NCBI RefSeq assembly: GCF_006345805.1
Contig: NC_043012.1
Span: 45,756,001 to 45,820,000, forward strand
Origin: Octopus sinensis
Lineage: Eukaryota
Direction of reading: 5' to 3'
Length of the DNA stretch: 64,000 nucleotides
Under the pieces are notes generated by a model, which was given only the letters and a program-made list of their open reading frames with translations, was not told where the DNA came from and made no database searches. Of this stretch, positions 1 through 14,630 are shown in pieces. Made by a program: the position numbers and the translations under genes. Positions within the stretch are counted from its first letter, which is position 1; each line of letters begins with the position of its first letter.

Positions 1-1313
1 CAATCTCACAAAAGTCTCAAATTTCCTTATTACGTATACTGAAACAGAACAGGTTTAAAGAAGTCATGTTGTAAAAACATCTCCCTCATTCTCTCTCCTT
101 TACAGAACATTGAGATATTTGATATTTTTCTTGGTATCAATCGTTAATGAATTGATTTATGACGAATTTAGTGATGATATACAAAAGAGAAGTAGAATAA
201 AGTAGAGTCATTACCTGATGTGAATTGTGTGACATAGTTTGTATATTTTTGAATGTTATACTATGTGAAGTTATGCACCATTCTTTCTTAAGATATATAC
301 AATAATAACGATTCATTTGTGTTGGTGACCACTTGTATGTTTTCACACACGCGTTTCCAATTTGATAGAAACTTGTCATTTGTAAGAAAGAGCTATTCAA
401 GCAGGACAGCCAACGTGTTAGAAACAGTAAACTCCTCTTCCTAGAATCCCTCTGTGATTCTAGATTTGAATAATGTTAGTAGATCTGGATGATGATGGTG
501 TATGAAGTACTAACAGCCGGAATGGTTACAGTTGCAATACATTTGTACAAAAGTCTGCCCGATCAGGACTTATTTCAGTCAATACGCGAATGCATGTCAA
601 AGCCATTTACAGACAGATACACTCGAACATCGTGCTGTTTTATGATGACCATAGGCTAGTTCATATGCGGTAATACGAACCCACAGCACTCCAGCACGTA
701 GGTAAACATCATTTAGGATTATGTACTAGTGATTCATGTGCTTCGGTATATTGATGCAAATATTGACTAAAAGATATGTTTTAATTGTTACAAGAAGTGA
801 AATATCATTTTCGGATGGAAGTGAAAATTCTCACAAGATCGTTCATTAATAAAATGTTCATTCTTCTATAGAATTGGACTTTGGAAAAGAGAAATTACCG
901 GAGAATTTCCAAATGTTTTATGCGAGGAATCTGACCGTGAATAAATCAATATAGACTTAATCAATCGGCAGAATAAACAAGTTTCAGTAGAAATGATTTG
1001 GTTTAATATAGGAAATTATGATTACATCTGAAATTCATAAGTAACGCACCATTTAATATATTTTAACGAAGCAGAAAATCTTAATATCTCAGCAGTGGAA
1101 TTAAAATATATAAAGCGACAAAAATAAATATAAAAGTTAATTATAAATGGAAATGATCTCCGTTTCTCAATTATTCAGCTATGTACACACACGCACACAT
1201 ATGTGTATATGTTTGCATTTCTATGTGTGTTTGTGTATATGTTTGCATTTCTATTTGTTTATATATATATATATATATAATATATATAATATATATATAT
1301 ATATAATTATATA

Positions 1314-1345
<32 letters not shown>

Positions 1346-3336
1346 ATATATATATGTATGTATGTATGGATGTATGTATATATATATATATATGTATATA
1401 TATATGTATATATATATTATATATATATATAATATATATAATATATATAATATATACATATATATACGCATATACATGAGTATGTGTGTGTGTATGTCTA
1501 TAGGTACACACATACATGTATATATATATATACACACATACATACATAGATTTATATATGCTTCTCGTACTCCTGACTCGGTTTCTCATTCGCCATCTCT
1601 CTATACATAGAGAAATAGATGGACAAGACAAATTGATGATAGATAGGTAGATAATTGAATTGACTACTAATCAACTTGAACTAACGTTGTAAACAAATCA
1701 ATGATTTCCTTCTCCAAATTTCCTTTCAAATAATTTTCATTCGGCGTAAAATGTTAAAAAAAAAACTTTCGTTTCCAAACATATTACGATCCCGGTGCTC
1801 TTTGATATACAATTATCAATTCCCACTTACATTTTAGTGTGACAGTTAGTACTAATGGATTGTATGTGGTATAAAAAGCTGTAATAGTTGATACAGTAGT
1901 AATTTATCTTGTATTATCTCACTTCCCTGTAAAGTATCTGGTCAACATTATACCATTGAAATACAACATATTTGACTTTTAAGTAAATATGCTTTAAATG
2001 TTTCATTTATTTAAAGTAACTTCTTCGCAAAAGTGTTGCTGCAATTTTACAAGGAATATGTTAGTATGGACTCATAGTGCTAATATGGTTCAGCTATATT
2101 TTAGGAATTTTTAAGGAAGTAACAATAAAAAGCGGTAACAAAAATAAATAGAGCTACAATATCAAGTGCAAGAAGAAATGGTATCTGGTGTTAACATCAC
2201 GAGACAAGTGGTACGAGGTGTAAACATATTGCTATAAAAGGAAAAATATGTCACAGCAGAGAGTTTTATATATCATAAAAGAATGACCTAAGTGAGCCCT
2301 GCCTAATGCTAAGGAAAAATTTAATTGGTGTCCAGGAGTTGACAGAAACGTATGTCGTTTGTTTAAAGCGGAAGACTCGCTGAGAAAACTGGAAGAGTTA
2401 ATGCGCCTCACACCATCAACAATATATAACTGTAGTATAAGGGAAGAAAGAAGAGTTCATCGGCCGCTATATTTGGCCTTGACTACTGGCTAGATCTCAA
2501 CTTTGTCACATATTACAGGCAAATCATTAGCTCAGATGTGACATGCAATCAGATGTAATCAGATAATGTACAGATCTTACTGATCCCGACATGCTTACGG
2601 CTTGCGCAAAAATATATAACAGAAAGCAAAGCAGAATGGCTGATGTTGCTGTATGTATAGAGAGTAGAAAATACAGCTGTTTTCTCTGTTGAAGAATGGG
2701 TAAGAGAAAACAAAATAAAAATAGTAGCAGCACAGTCAACAGTTGACGCGGGAGTTAATAAAACTCATGTTATACAAACGGTCAGAAAAAAGACCTTGGT
2801 AGCTGCTTGTGCTACTGCAACAATATTAACGGTTGCTGCTGCAATGCTGAACAGGGAAAAATAGTGAGAGGGTGTCCTCATCCGCAGCACTATCTACATA
2901 AGTGAATGATAATTTGGGGTATCAACCTGTGGGAAAGATACACCTTTCTGGCAGCATTGGCCAGACAGTGCTATAGAACAGCAATTCGATAGATTGGAAG
3001 AGAGATCTGCAGGTAATACAAAATGCTGAAGAATACAATGAGAGTAAAAAACGGATATAAAAATACTTGGTAAATAGTAAATGGCATAAGAACATTTGGT
3101 AAATTTTGGGAAGTACACCCGCACGAGTTTCACAAAGATAAAAAACAAAATCTCGGATTTTATGCGTTGAATCAAGTACCCTGACCTCCTAATGTGTTGC
3201 AATCCCATTAGTTTTGTTCGGAACAGAACAGGTTGTTTTTGTTTTGTTTTCATTGAATGAATTACTGTGACCTCCTAATATGCTACAAAACCATTTTTTT
3301 GGTCCGGAAAAAAGAGGGGGGGTTACATCTGAAATT

Positions 3337-3415
<79 letters not shown>

Positions 3416-5428
3416 ATGTAACAAATTTTATCTCCTGATTATTCCCATTCGTCCATTGCTGCTTCTCAATAAATTCACCATTTCGAAATTCTTAAATAAC
3501 TTCAAGTTTGTAATTACTGTTTCTTGCAAGATTAAAACATCTTGTATCTGAAAAGAAGTCTTGTAACTGGGTATGTTATCTCATATACACTGATAAGATT
3601 TTTTTTCTTTTTTTGCAACATTAGTTTCTCTTTGTAGCTCTGGCAGATGTGAACAAAGCAGCTCTTCCCGGAGATATACCCTTATCATGTTCTGAAACGT
3701 TTTATATTTCCCAGATTCATTTAATTTCTCGATTGTTTACGAACCGTAATTTCAGAAAAAATTGAACAAATATATTTCAAGAAACAACTATGAGTGAGTG
3801 AAACTTTCAAATACTTGTAGGATAACGAGGGTTTACCAGTCTGGAAATACTTAGTCATGTGTGAAAGTTTATCCTGTGCGATGATCTTTAACAGATAACT
3901 TTGATGGTATGCCTCGTTCACAAAATATTTTGTTACCAGAAATATCACTAGGTATCCATAAAGAAATTAAACTGAAGTGACTTATCACATAGGGGGAACT
4001 TTGAGAGAGATCCTATATTTCAGAAGCTAATAGTCTAGCTGATGTATCATTAAATTTAATCAAGCCACCAATGTGGTTGTGAATAGGAGCTATGTCCAAA
4101 TGGGTTTTCGGTGTCGTGTGGTGGGGTGCTCCTTATGTCAGTGAGAATGTATTTACAAGTTGGTGGAACTGTGAATATAGCTTGTGTGGAACCATTGTGC
4201 ATGGAAAGCATTAATGATGTGATTACTTAAATACGCAATTATTTTAATACTGTTGAATACTCAGGAGAATTATTCTCAATGTGTTTGTCAGCTCGCTTCC
4301 AAATGATTCCACTTCATATTGGAAACCTCTATTCGGGTATTACTTTAAGCGCGTAGAGGATTAAATATGCTTCAATGCGTGACATGCTCCAATTTGTCCT
4401 CATACAAGAGATCTAAATGAACAAATTTTAACTAAGATTATTACGTATAAATAACACCAGTTTATGTGGAAGTAATCATGTCCCTTACCTTTTTTCTAGA
4501 CTACACCATGAAAAAAGTTATAACAATGAGTCGTAATCAAATATTACAAAATATATTTGGTTCAGTTTATCCATTATCAAGTTGACGTATTTATGTCATT
4601 TTGGTTTTTCACACGTATCCAAATGTGTAGATGAGGATTCCTTTTTATGAATAAAAACTGTTATCACATTAAATCTAAAGTAATTATATTCAATCATTTT
4701 TTCCAACACACGGTGCATTATGTTGGTTCTCGAGGCAGCAAGGCCGTTCCGACGTGGTCATCCAGATCACAAACTAGTCAGTTAAAAATTAAAATATTTC
4801 TATATACGTGCGCACATGTGTTTTTGTATGCAAGCACACATGTAGGCACGTATGTAGGCATGCGTCCCAATGTGATGGCTAAAAATTTAGTAATTGTGTT
4901 TGATCATAGGTCCCTTTGATTAAGATTGACCTGAAACAAAAGAACCTAAATAGATCCAAAAATTTTATTAGAACTAAATTTCGGCAGTATGACTTTTGCT
5001 ACTCAGTTCGTCTCTTCCGTTTAACCCAAATAGTATTCTCTCAATCGAAGAAATTACACACACGGAATATATCATTAAAATAACGGTTCTATTGTAGAAA
5101 GATTGTATTAATTTCTAGATACTAAAAAACATCCCATATTTCTGCTCAATCTAATTAGAAACAAAATTAAAATCCTACGAAATGGAACATAAAAAATACA
5201 TTAGGCTTACTTTTATGTTTAAAATAAACGGTGAGTCTTAATTATCTTCCTAAATATTTTATCGTAGGTGTGTCAGAAAATATTTGTAATTGTAAATAAA
5301 AAAACGCCCTAAGGAATATATAGGTTCTCGAATGAACTTCGTATCAATCAGTGCAGTATAGTTTATTACAATTGTTTCCATGTGAATGAAAGACAAATTA
5401 TTCTACATCACACACACACACACACACA

Positions 5429-5461
<33 letters not shown>

Positions 5462-5536
5462 ATATATATATATATACACATACATATATTTGTATTTATA
5501 CATACATGCATACATACATACATACATATATATATC

Positions 5537-5567
<31 letters not shown>

Positions 5568-6033
5568 GCACACACACACGCATATATATATACACTAATG
5601 TATGTATGAATGTATTACTATAGCATCTTTGAATGTGAACGAATGCAAAATAAAAGCAAAGAAGTGATATTTTTCCTAAAGCTTCAAATAGTTTTTCTTC
5701 TAATTTTGAAATAAACGTAAACAGACTTCATGTTATCGGATTAGTATTTTTCAGTTGATAATGTGAACTTGCTTTATTTTACTTGTGTAAATTTAAGTTG
5801 TGTAAATTTATCACAGGATCTAAAGATTAATTTTACTAGATATCGTATTTTTTCTTTAGCGTGATTTCACTCTTTATATTTGAATCCAATATTTATAATC
5901 TGGTGATATTTTCCGAGAAACATATTCATGTATATCCATGAGACATACACAACGCCTAATGTACAAAAATATATGTTTTGCGTGTGCACATATGTGTAGC
6001 AAGATATGAATGCGTGTCTACATTTACAAGTGA

Positions 6034-6034
<1 letters not shown>

Positions 6035-6126
<92 letters not shown>

Positions 6127-6269
6127 CATATATATACATACATAGACATATATATATATATACATATATATATATTTATATATATATATATGTTTATGTG
6201 TGTGTGTATATGTAGCTATATGAGTGTATATATGCATGTATATACATATATATATATACATATATATAC

Positions 6270-6315
<46 letters not shown>

Positions 6316-6362
6316 TATATTATATATATATATATATATTGACACACACACACACACACACA
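6035..6362. repeat. (TA)n/(CA)n compound microsatellite (representative of many such tracts, e.g. ~1255-1550, 7810-8035, 18650-18915, 23215-23395, 47360-47555, 48580-48990)
   Basis: Read directly; source of the YI/IY-repeat ORFs in the track. Confidence 0.95.
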
Positions 6363-6900
6363 CAAAGGCTCCAAAATGCTTGTGCATATATAGGATGTTT
6401 CTAATTCAGGTACATATGAATAGACACATATACTCGAAGGCGTGCGGTTCCAACGAATCATGACGTTAGCCTTGTAGTACATCTAGTATATATTCCTATA
6501 TGTTTATGGATATGTTCTCGTTTACCTCTACATATTCGAATTTTAGTAGAGGGAAAGCAGTATTTAATCTGCAACAATTCAAATTTCATTTCTATTTAAC
6601 ATCTCGTGATAATAATTCACATCCACATATATATGTAATTTATACATGTACCTAAGTGGGTATTTATTTTCTCTATTTCCCTGCCCTCTCTTTCTCTCTT
6701 TCTCCTTGCGTTTGTTTACAATACGGATAAAAGCATAGACACTTACACAGACATGCACGCATACACATACACATAATATTTGACACTACAATCTTAACAA
6801 CCCCGGGTCATATTTGAGTGCGAAGTAAATGGACCCTAGCTTGCCAGTAGGCGAAATTATTGTTGTCTGAAATGTTCAATGAAAGAAAGCTCACGCGTTA

Positions 6901-7303
6901 TACTCTTTTACTCTTTTACTTGTTTCAGCATTTGACTGCGGCCATGCTGGAGCACCGCCTTTAGTCGAGCAACTCGACCTCGGGACTTATTCTTTGTAAG
7001 CCCAGTACTTATTCTATCGGTCTCTTTTTTGCCGAACCGCTAAGTGACGGGGACGTAAACACACCAGCATTGGTTGTCAAGCTTTGCTAGCGGGACAAAC
7101 ACAGACACACAAACACACACACATATATATATATATATACGACAGGCTTCTTTCAGTTTCCGTCTACCAAATCCACTCACAAGGCATTGGTCGGCCCGGG
7201 GCTATAGCAGAAGACACTTGCCCAAGATGCCACGCAGTGGGACTGAACCCGGAACCATGTGGTTGGTTAGCAAGCTACTTACCACACAGCCACTCCTGCG
7301 CCT
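6901..7303 (-). mobile_element. tRNA-derived SINE (family 1), full length
   Basis: Head GCAGGAGTGGCTGTGTGG (A-box-like) ... GGTTCAGTCCC (B-box-like), internal (TA)/(TG) tract, tail (AAAAGAGT)n. Homologous copies elsewhere in the window. Confidence 0.85.
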
Positions 7304-7802
7304 ATTGATGATATATATTGAGTACCACATAAAAATAATGAAATTGGATTGATCCAAGATTGGAGAAGTACAAGTATTTTGTACACGTACACACACACAC
7401 ACACAAGCGCACGTACACAAATATGTATATATATATATATATATAGACTTATATCATACACGTATTCTCTTATACATACGCAGCAAACAAGCACAAAAGG
7501 CAAGCATAAATAAGCAATTATTGTATGTGTGCGTGCGTGGATATATTTCCGCATATGATTGCACATGTGTTGAACACCAATTTGTATTTCTACTCATACA
7601 TCTACATGTTTCTTTCTATTTCTGTCTGTATATATTTTCAGACAAGAAAATAAACATTGAAATGATTTCAATAGCAATAAAAATTTGGAAAGGATTATGG
7701 AGCTAATATTTACCTATGTAAATTATGATCGGATTTTGTATGTTCTGAATCATGCAGAGATAAACCATATAAAATAAAATTATAAACTTGATTTTACAAG
7801 GG

Positions 7803-7837
<35 letters not shown>

Positions 7838-7853
7838 TTATTTATTTATTTAC

Positions 7854-7885
<32 letters not shown>

Positions 7886-7914
7886 GCATACAAATATATA
7901 TACAAACATATACA

Positions 7915-7985
<71 letters not shown>

Positions 7986-7992
7986 TATATAT

Positions 7993-8026
<34 letters not shown>

Positions 8027-11000
8027 ATATATATACGCATGTGTAAGGAATATCTTTCCAAAGTTGCTTTTGATTTATTTAATAATTACGTGCTACTTCA
8101 GATTAAAATTTCAAATTTAGCAATCCATATATAGAAATTAAATTTCCCTTCATATGCTTATACAGATATCGAAAATGAAAATAATAAAAATATATAATTT
8201 ACGTGATACTTTTCAATTTTAATTTTAATGTTTAGCTGTTGAGCTTATTCGTATATTACTTAGAGTTGGTCCAATGAATTCAGGATTTGCTAAAGAATCG
8301 TGTATTTAATACCATGGTGGTTCAGAAATGTCATTGCAGATTAAGTGTTGTTTGAAAAGTTTCACATCATAAAGTTCTCTGTGTTTAGGATAGTCGCAAG
8401 TGATACAAGATCGAGAAAACTATGATATGTAGGTAATCAGCTACTGTTTTTTACTCGCAGTGCAGTTCTGAAGAGGCAGCCTAGGGGAAGGTACTAACAG
8501 AAATAACCAACCAAGTAGGTGCGAACCACACCTTCCTCAGATTCTACTTCCAGTTATCCCATTCATCAGCCTTTCAGCATGGTTAAAGGGCAGCGCGAGA
8601 TTGATAGGTCAATTACTCCATCATCTCCTATATGGTGTCATGTTTCAACCCGAATATTCAGCCTTACAGTCACTCCTCAGCTTATTCTAGCATAGACTTT
8701 GTTCTTTGTATCTCCAGCAGATATAAACGAAATGAACTCGTTCTGGGGCTATAGAATCTCTCGTCATGTAGACATCTAACTAAAATATTCCGTTGGAATA
8801 AACTTTTGTCAGGGAAGTGGCTTTGAAGGGCAAATATTCTTTAAAGTAATTATATTTATTTCCATTTCACTTATTAATGGATTGTAAAGATATGGTTTAT
8901 TGTCTAAAACAGTTATGCAGGATTATGAATTTTAAAAATTTTGCGTGAGAAGTATAAAAGATAAATGGTTAATCGAGTGTACAGCAACTTTTATTACAAA
9001 ATTAGCGACGATATTTTCAATACGGAGCAACGACAGCAAAGATAAAAGTAAAACTCAATAGAAATTCACATAGAAACTCAATAGAAATTCGAATCAAAAA
9101 GTAAGTTTACATTGATACCGGTGCCCTAGTGTTTCATTTTTCTGAAAGAAAAATATTAATAATTTTTAGATACACTGGCACGAAATAATGCATGATTGAG
9201 ATGGATAGTGGAAGAAATAGAGACGCATATATTAGGGGTCGTTACTGTATCAGTTTGTGGCATTGAAGAGTTATAATGAACCACGTGAAGCGCTGAGAAG
9301 AAATGAGGAAGCATTGTCTTTTAGTCTGTTTCTTATATCGCTCATTGAAGGCAACTCAATCGCACGACTAAATCTATTTTCACTTTCTATGACATTTTTT
9401 ATTGATGTACATGGAACGAAATTAATTATTAACTTTTTTGCTCTTTATACTTTCAGTAAGTAACAGTTTTATACATTGTTCATGATTTAAATAAAGTTAA
9501 TGATTATTAAATGCTTTAGTCTTAAGAAGTCCGTGTTGACATTTCATTATGATTGCACAATCATCTGTCTCATTCATATACATCATTAATCAGCGACTGT
9601 GACAATCTTAAGGTTTCCGATATGGCTGAGAGACCACAATAATTGATATTGGGAATGGATTTGCTCGGATACTTGCAAATGTTTTAACTATCTGCAATAA
9701 AGTAAGGGTCAGGTAGAGAAGGATCCTATGTCTGTGGCAAAATTAAGTAGTACGTTACCTTACATTGTTTTGTCAATATCTCGAGCTCACTGACATAATT
9801 CTGGCTAACTTGCATGCCCTCGACTTCCATTTCAATTAGAAACTTCAACAACCTTCTTATTGTTAGAGAAGCTTCTCGTATAAGATGATGACGATTAATA
9901 AACATAAATGATAGGTTGAGAAAAATAACTCCAGTACCTTAACTTTTATCCACGCCTATACAAGACTTTTTATGGTAACTACTCGAATCCACACATTACG
10001 ATTTCACTGAGGAAGAAACTGCAAAAGAAAATGTCAGGATTGAAGCTGAAGAGTCAAGACTGTCTGCTGGTATGACGAAACAAAAAAATCTCAAGACATT
10101 GTGAACATTTAGGGAAACTTGATGAAAGACAAAATTTTTTATAGTTCAAAATAAAAGACAATGCTTATAGCTTGTTTCTGAGACAGCGTTTTTAATTTAT
10201 ACGAACTCTTTGAAAACGGACAGGGAATTTCTATCAATTGTTCAATATATCTATGACAAAATAGATCTCAGCTTTTAATTATACAGTCTGTAAGTATTTT
10301 GTTGTATACCAGTAATATGTATTAAAACGTTTATGAACAACAAAATAAGATACCTATATTGACATAAATTAATGTGTATTGGTGTATTGGTATTTTACTG
10401 CAGTGTTTATTAGACTCGAACTTCCGACTCAGGTAGGTTCAACTTCAAATAATTTACTTTATTTTGTCTTGGACAAATGATTTTTTATATACAAAATTCC
10501 TATTGTCTAGGCTGAAATGGAAGCGAAATCATAGCACCAAAAAGAAGTGAGCTGATTGACTAACAAATTGCGCAGTCCAATGTACGTGACTGAAACAAGA
10601 GGCCGTATGCTTGCTGATCAAGTTAAGCGCAAATTCAAAGCCAATTAAGTATCGTTGATCAATGCAATATAAGAGATCCACGGGTAAATATGGACCTGAA
10701 TCTAAATCTTGATAGAGTAAGATTTATACGCACAGATTGCTTATTGTTACTACTTATAATATACATAACCACATGGTGTTGATCACGTTCCTCAGTTGCG
10801 TTTTTCATACAAGACTTAAAATATTGCAAGCTAGATAGCATGTGCTACACAACTGAAAATATTCTGCAACAAGAAGATCTTGCAACATTCGACAGAAGTA
10901 AAGCGCAATCATTGGATACAACAAAGGATAAACCACGCAAAAGTAATCTCCTATTGAGCGAATGAGTAAGTCTCTAACATTTTGCCTGCTGTGCACGAAT

Positions 11001-11861
11001 AGCTGTTAGATTTACTCAGATCACACCCTACTGTTCTCTGCACAATATAGTCGTGGATGTATAAGGCTTAACAAACAAAAGATCTGATAATTGAATTTCA
11101 ATGATTATGATCTTAAATGTATTTGGGACTTCATAGCAATAATCAAACTCGAATTGTAGACAGAATTTCTACAAATTCTTCTAATCCTCACTGAATACAC
11201 ATAGTGGACACATACCTATAAAAAGCCTAAGAATATGATTGCACTGGTATAAAAAAAAAGCTTCAAAGAACTTTCATTTGAGAGAATATGAAACGATCTG
11301 AAAGCTCTGTCAATGAGTTAGTAAGAAATACTGCAAAGTGTATTGTCTTGATTAAGCCACAAAATAATCTAGGCGCCACTTCATCATAGCAGATTTAACA
11401 GGTTAAACTCATTTCCAAATTATTTATATATGTTTATGGCGCCGTGAAACTACATAGGTAACTAGTTCGCAAAGACATATGTTAAAAGGCATTTCAACGG
11501 TGACTATACTGTCTTTTTACTTTTCTGCATTGTATCACGGACTTAATTACCCACAGTGTGTATATTTTCACAGTGAGAATTCAAGATATTTCTATGCAAT
11601 CACAATTTAATACTCTGAAAATAAAACTGAATCTTAATACAATTAAAAAAAATATACAAATCCATGTGGTCTCTAACATAAAATTGTCTTCTTCTGCCTT
11701 TTCATAAATCCTGAATCCAAAGATTCTACAAATGTTGAGGAAGTCTAAAGGATATCTCACTGGTTCACAAGGTAAGAGAAATACAAATATTTCAGTTTCT
11801 TTTGCGGATTGTTTGAAACCTTATGCATGAGATGAAAAAAGGGCCTTGAGCTAGTTACTAC

Positions 11862-13290
11862 ATTTTCGAAAGATGTTGGGTTGGAGTTTGGTCATGATAA
11901 ATGTTATATGGTTGGGAAAAGGGGAAAATCTGTAAACCACACTGACAACATCTCCATCAATAACTTAACTGTTACTCCTGTATCTGACGCGAAATGTTCC
12001 AGGTATCTCGGGATGGCTAAAAACATATCTTACTATGACATCTGTAACAAAGTACGTGTCATTACAGAATATTACAGTCGAATAAAGAAACTTCGATCCT
12101 CAGAACTCTCTGCATTCAATAGAATAGAGGCCCACAATGTGTTTGCAGTGCCAGGACTGATACCAACATTTGGGCTACTTGATTGGACACTTGATGAAAT
12201 TCGAGCCATCCATGTTAAAACCCGGGAAATATTAACAAGCACGTAATTTCCACATAAACTGTAACATAGACCGCTCTCCCTAAATCGAAAACAAGGCTGT
12301 AGAGGCCTAACATCGATCCACAATGCTTTTGAATGTCGTATGACATCCCTTCAACAACATCTTTTAACCACCAAGTGTCAAAGCGCATCGCTTGATCAAT
12401 TTTGCATAATGAGGCTGATAATGTCATAAGACTAGGAAGGCAGCTCCTTGAGCAGCATTCCTTATCTGATAACCTTAAATACATGCCGACATTTGTCACA
12501 CGACTCAACTGCAATGTATCATTATGAAAGGATGAGTCTATATGAGCAGAAGATGATGCATGAATATGTTGTTAAAAATTCCGAGATGAATGGCGGTGCC
12601 CCAGCATGGTCACAGCTCGTGAGCTGAAACTAGATAAGAAGATAAGAAGATAAGAAGATAGTAACATTGATAATCAAAGCAGTCTATCATGGACCAACAA
12701 CCGGATTACTATCTCCCACTTTTGCAGTCAGTACAGGAACAGGAAATAACAACCAAATAGTTGATGCACAAAAGGGATAGAGATTCAGGAAAATGTTATC
12801 ACGGTATTATCTACCGATGAGACGTGTTGTTGTATTTACGGCACTGTATAATGAAATCCATCGGAAGGATAACTTTGAAGACAAAAAAATAAGAACCCAC
12901 AGTATGGCAGAATCCATAGCCACTCCTTATAAAAAGAAATACTGGTGGAATGCCTTAGTGAAAACTCCAATAAAATGTAAGCACAATAGACCTGATATAA
13001 TGATTTGGGACAGAGAAGAGAAACTGTGTACAACTGTGGGAATTGGCCGCCTATCAGATGTTGACACAAAGCTAAAGATCAGTGAAAGAGAGAATACCTA
13101 CGCTGAACTGTCGAGAAATTTATAGTTACTCTATCCAGATTACAAGTTCAGATTTATACCTGTAATTATTGTGGTATGTAACATACCGCCTAAATAACAA
13201 TCTTGAGAAATTAGGCTTCCCAAAACCAGATAGGAGAAAGCAGATTCAAAGACTGCAGAACCAATCGATAACTGGAAGTTATGGCCTTGA
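11862..13290 (+). mobile_element. Decayed, 5'-truncated R4-like RT-RLE retrotransposon remnant
   Basis: FSKDVGLEFGHDKC; RYLG; YYSRIKKLRSSELSAFNRIEAHNVFAVP; RLSLNRKQGCRGL; KHNRPDIMIWDREEK (RLE); LYPDYKFRFIPVII. Many stops and shifts. Confidence 0.78.
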
Positions 13291-14598
13291 GCACGGCCAT
13301 TATATCAGTTATTCGGCGGAATCCAAAGAATTTGACAGAAAATCAAAATATTATAAGTGTGTTAAACCCCTCTTTTTAAACAGGATCTACTTGGTTTTAA
13401 TGTTATCAAAGAGTGTTTTTTTCGCTATCTTTAGGCCTACATGTTCGGAGGGGTTGGCAGGATACTGGTACGAATTTGACGGAGCTGAATGTGACATTAG
13501 ATATTAAGCAACATCAGTTCTTAGTATTAGGTGCTGCACATGGTTTAGTGTAATGCTGGAATAATTATTATCTTACTCATCGATCAGTGGAGTTCGAACA
13601 AGTTAGGGTAGTAAATTTCAAGTCAGAGTAAGCATTTTGACAATCTTGGATTACGATTGAGATTGCATGACCATTATGGGCAATCTATAATCTCTGCAGA
13701 TGGCAGGGACTATATACCATGCCTTTGTGTTTGGGTCAGCTAGGCCTAAGGTGATATATAAAGATATATATATAACGTTTGTCAGCAATCGGAAACTTGA
13801 AGGTCAATAGCAAGCACGTCTCTGATGTTAACAATCAGAAAAATCATTCTTTCTATTGGTGGATACTCAAGGCTGATAGGGGATTGGTAGATTTTACAGA
13901 GACAGTGTTGACAATTGCATGCTCTAGGTGAAGAAAGACAGACTCTGTGAAACATTTTCCATATATGTCGGGGAAATCATTTCAACATGAAGACGTATTG
14001 GGAAACAGAATTTTCCCCTGAAGAATCGATTAGGTGAACCTACCTATAAGTTTATTGGATATCATGACCATGTACTATTTTGCAATGACATCAGATGGTG
14101 TCAGGTTTGCTCTAGATAATACAGTCCAGTCTTTTTAGAGGAAAACCCCTGTCAATGATAACTGGATAGAATTTCGGCTTTTACAATGTTGTGTGTCAGG
14201 AGCTAGCAGTTACAGGTTGGGATGAGAGAGTATTATAGCGTGCGGTGTTTGAAGTGATATAGTCGAAACACAAACAGCTGACATTGCATTTGTGGGAATT
14301 GAAGAGTTAATAATCTTATTGGTCTGCATTGGGAATGGTTCCGGAAGTTCCAAACTATGTCCATAAAAGTTTCTAATATGAATAGAGAACTGAATTTGAT
14401 AATTTCCCTAAGTTGTTTTGGATTTGGTGTTGGCACACTTCGGTGTAAGTTATGTTATCTGTAAAGCTACTTGCCGATAATGCCTCACTGTAGTGGAGTG
14501 TGGGCATGGTGAAGATCTCCCTACTCGCTGAAGAATTGGAGATTCTACTACTGATGCTAGTGTGATGAATTTAGCTAGGGTGGTTGGAGTGGCTGTGA

Positions 14599-14630
<32 letters not shown>

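Noticed and set aside
10046-10080. CTGAAGA GTCA...TGAC GAAA
   Set aside because: No stem III/UH triplet or stem I can be formed; likely chance.
10814-10966. Open frame flanked by AG and GTAAGT, a possible host exon
   Set aside because: The frame ends in TGA immediately before the donor, there is no recognisable homology, and no partner exons were found.
13290-14600. Possible very old minus-strand Penelope-like remnant (TNVIYI, RGFP, GGCC/GGCC hairpin near 13290-13320)
   Set aside because: Motifs are too fragmentary and the hammerhead core is broken; cannot be supported without a profile search.
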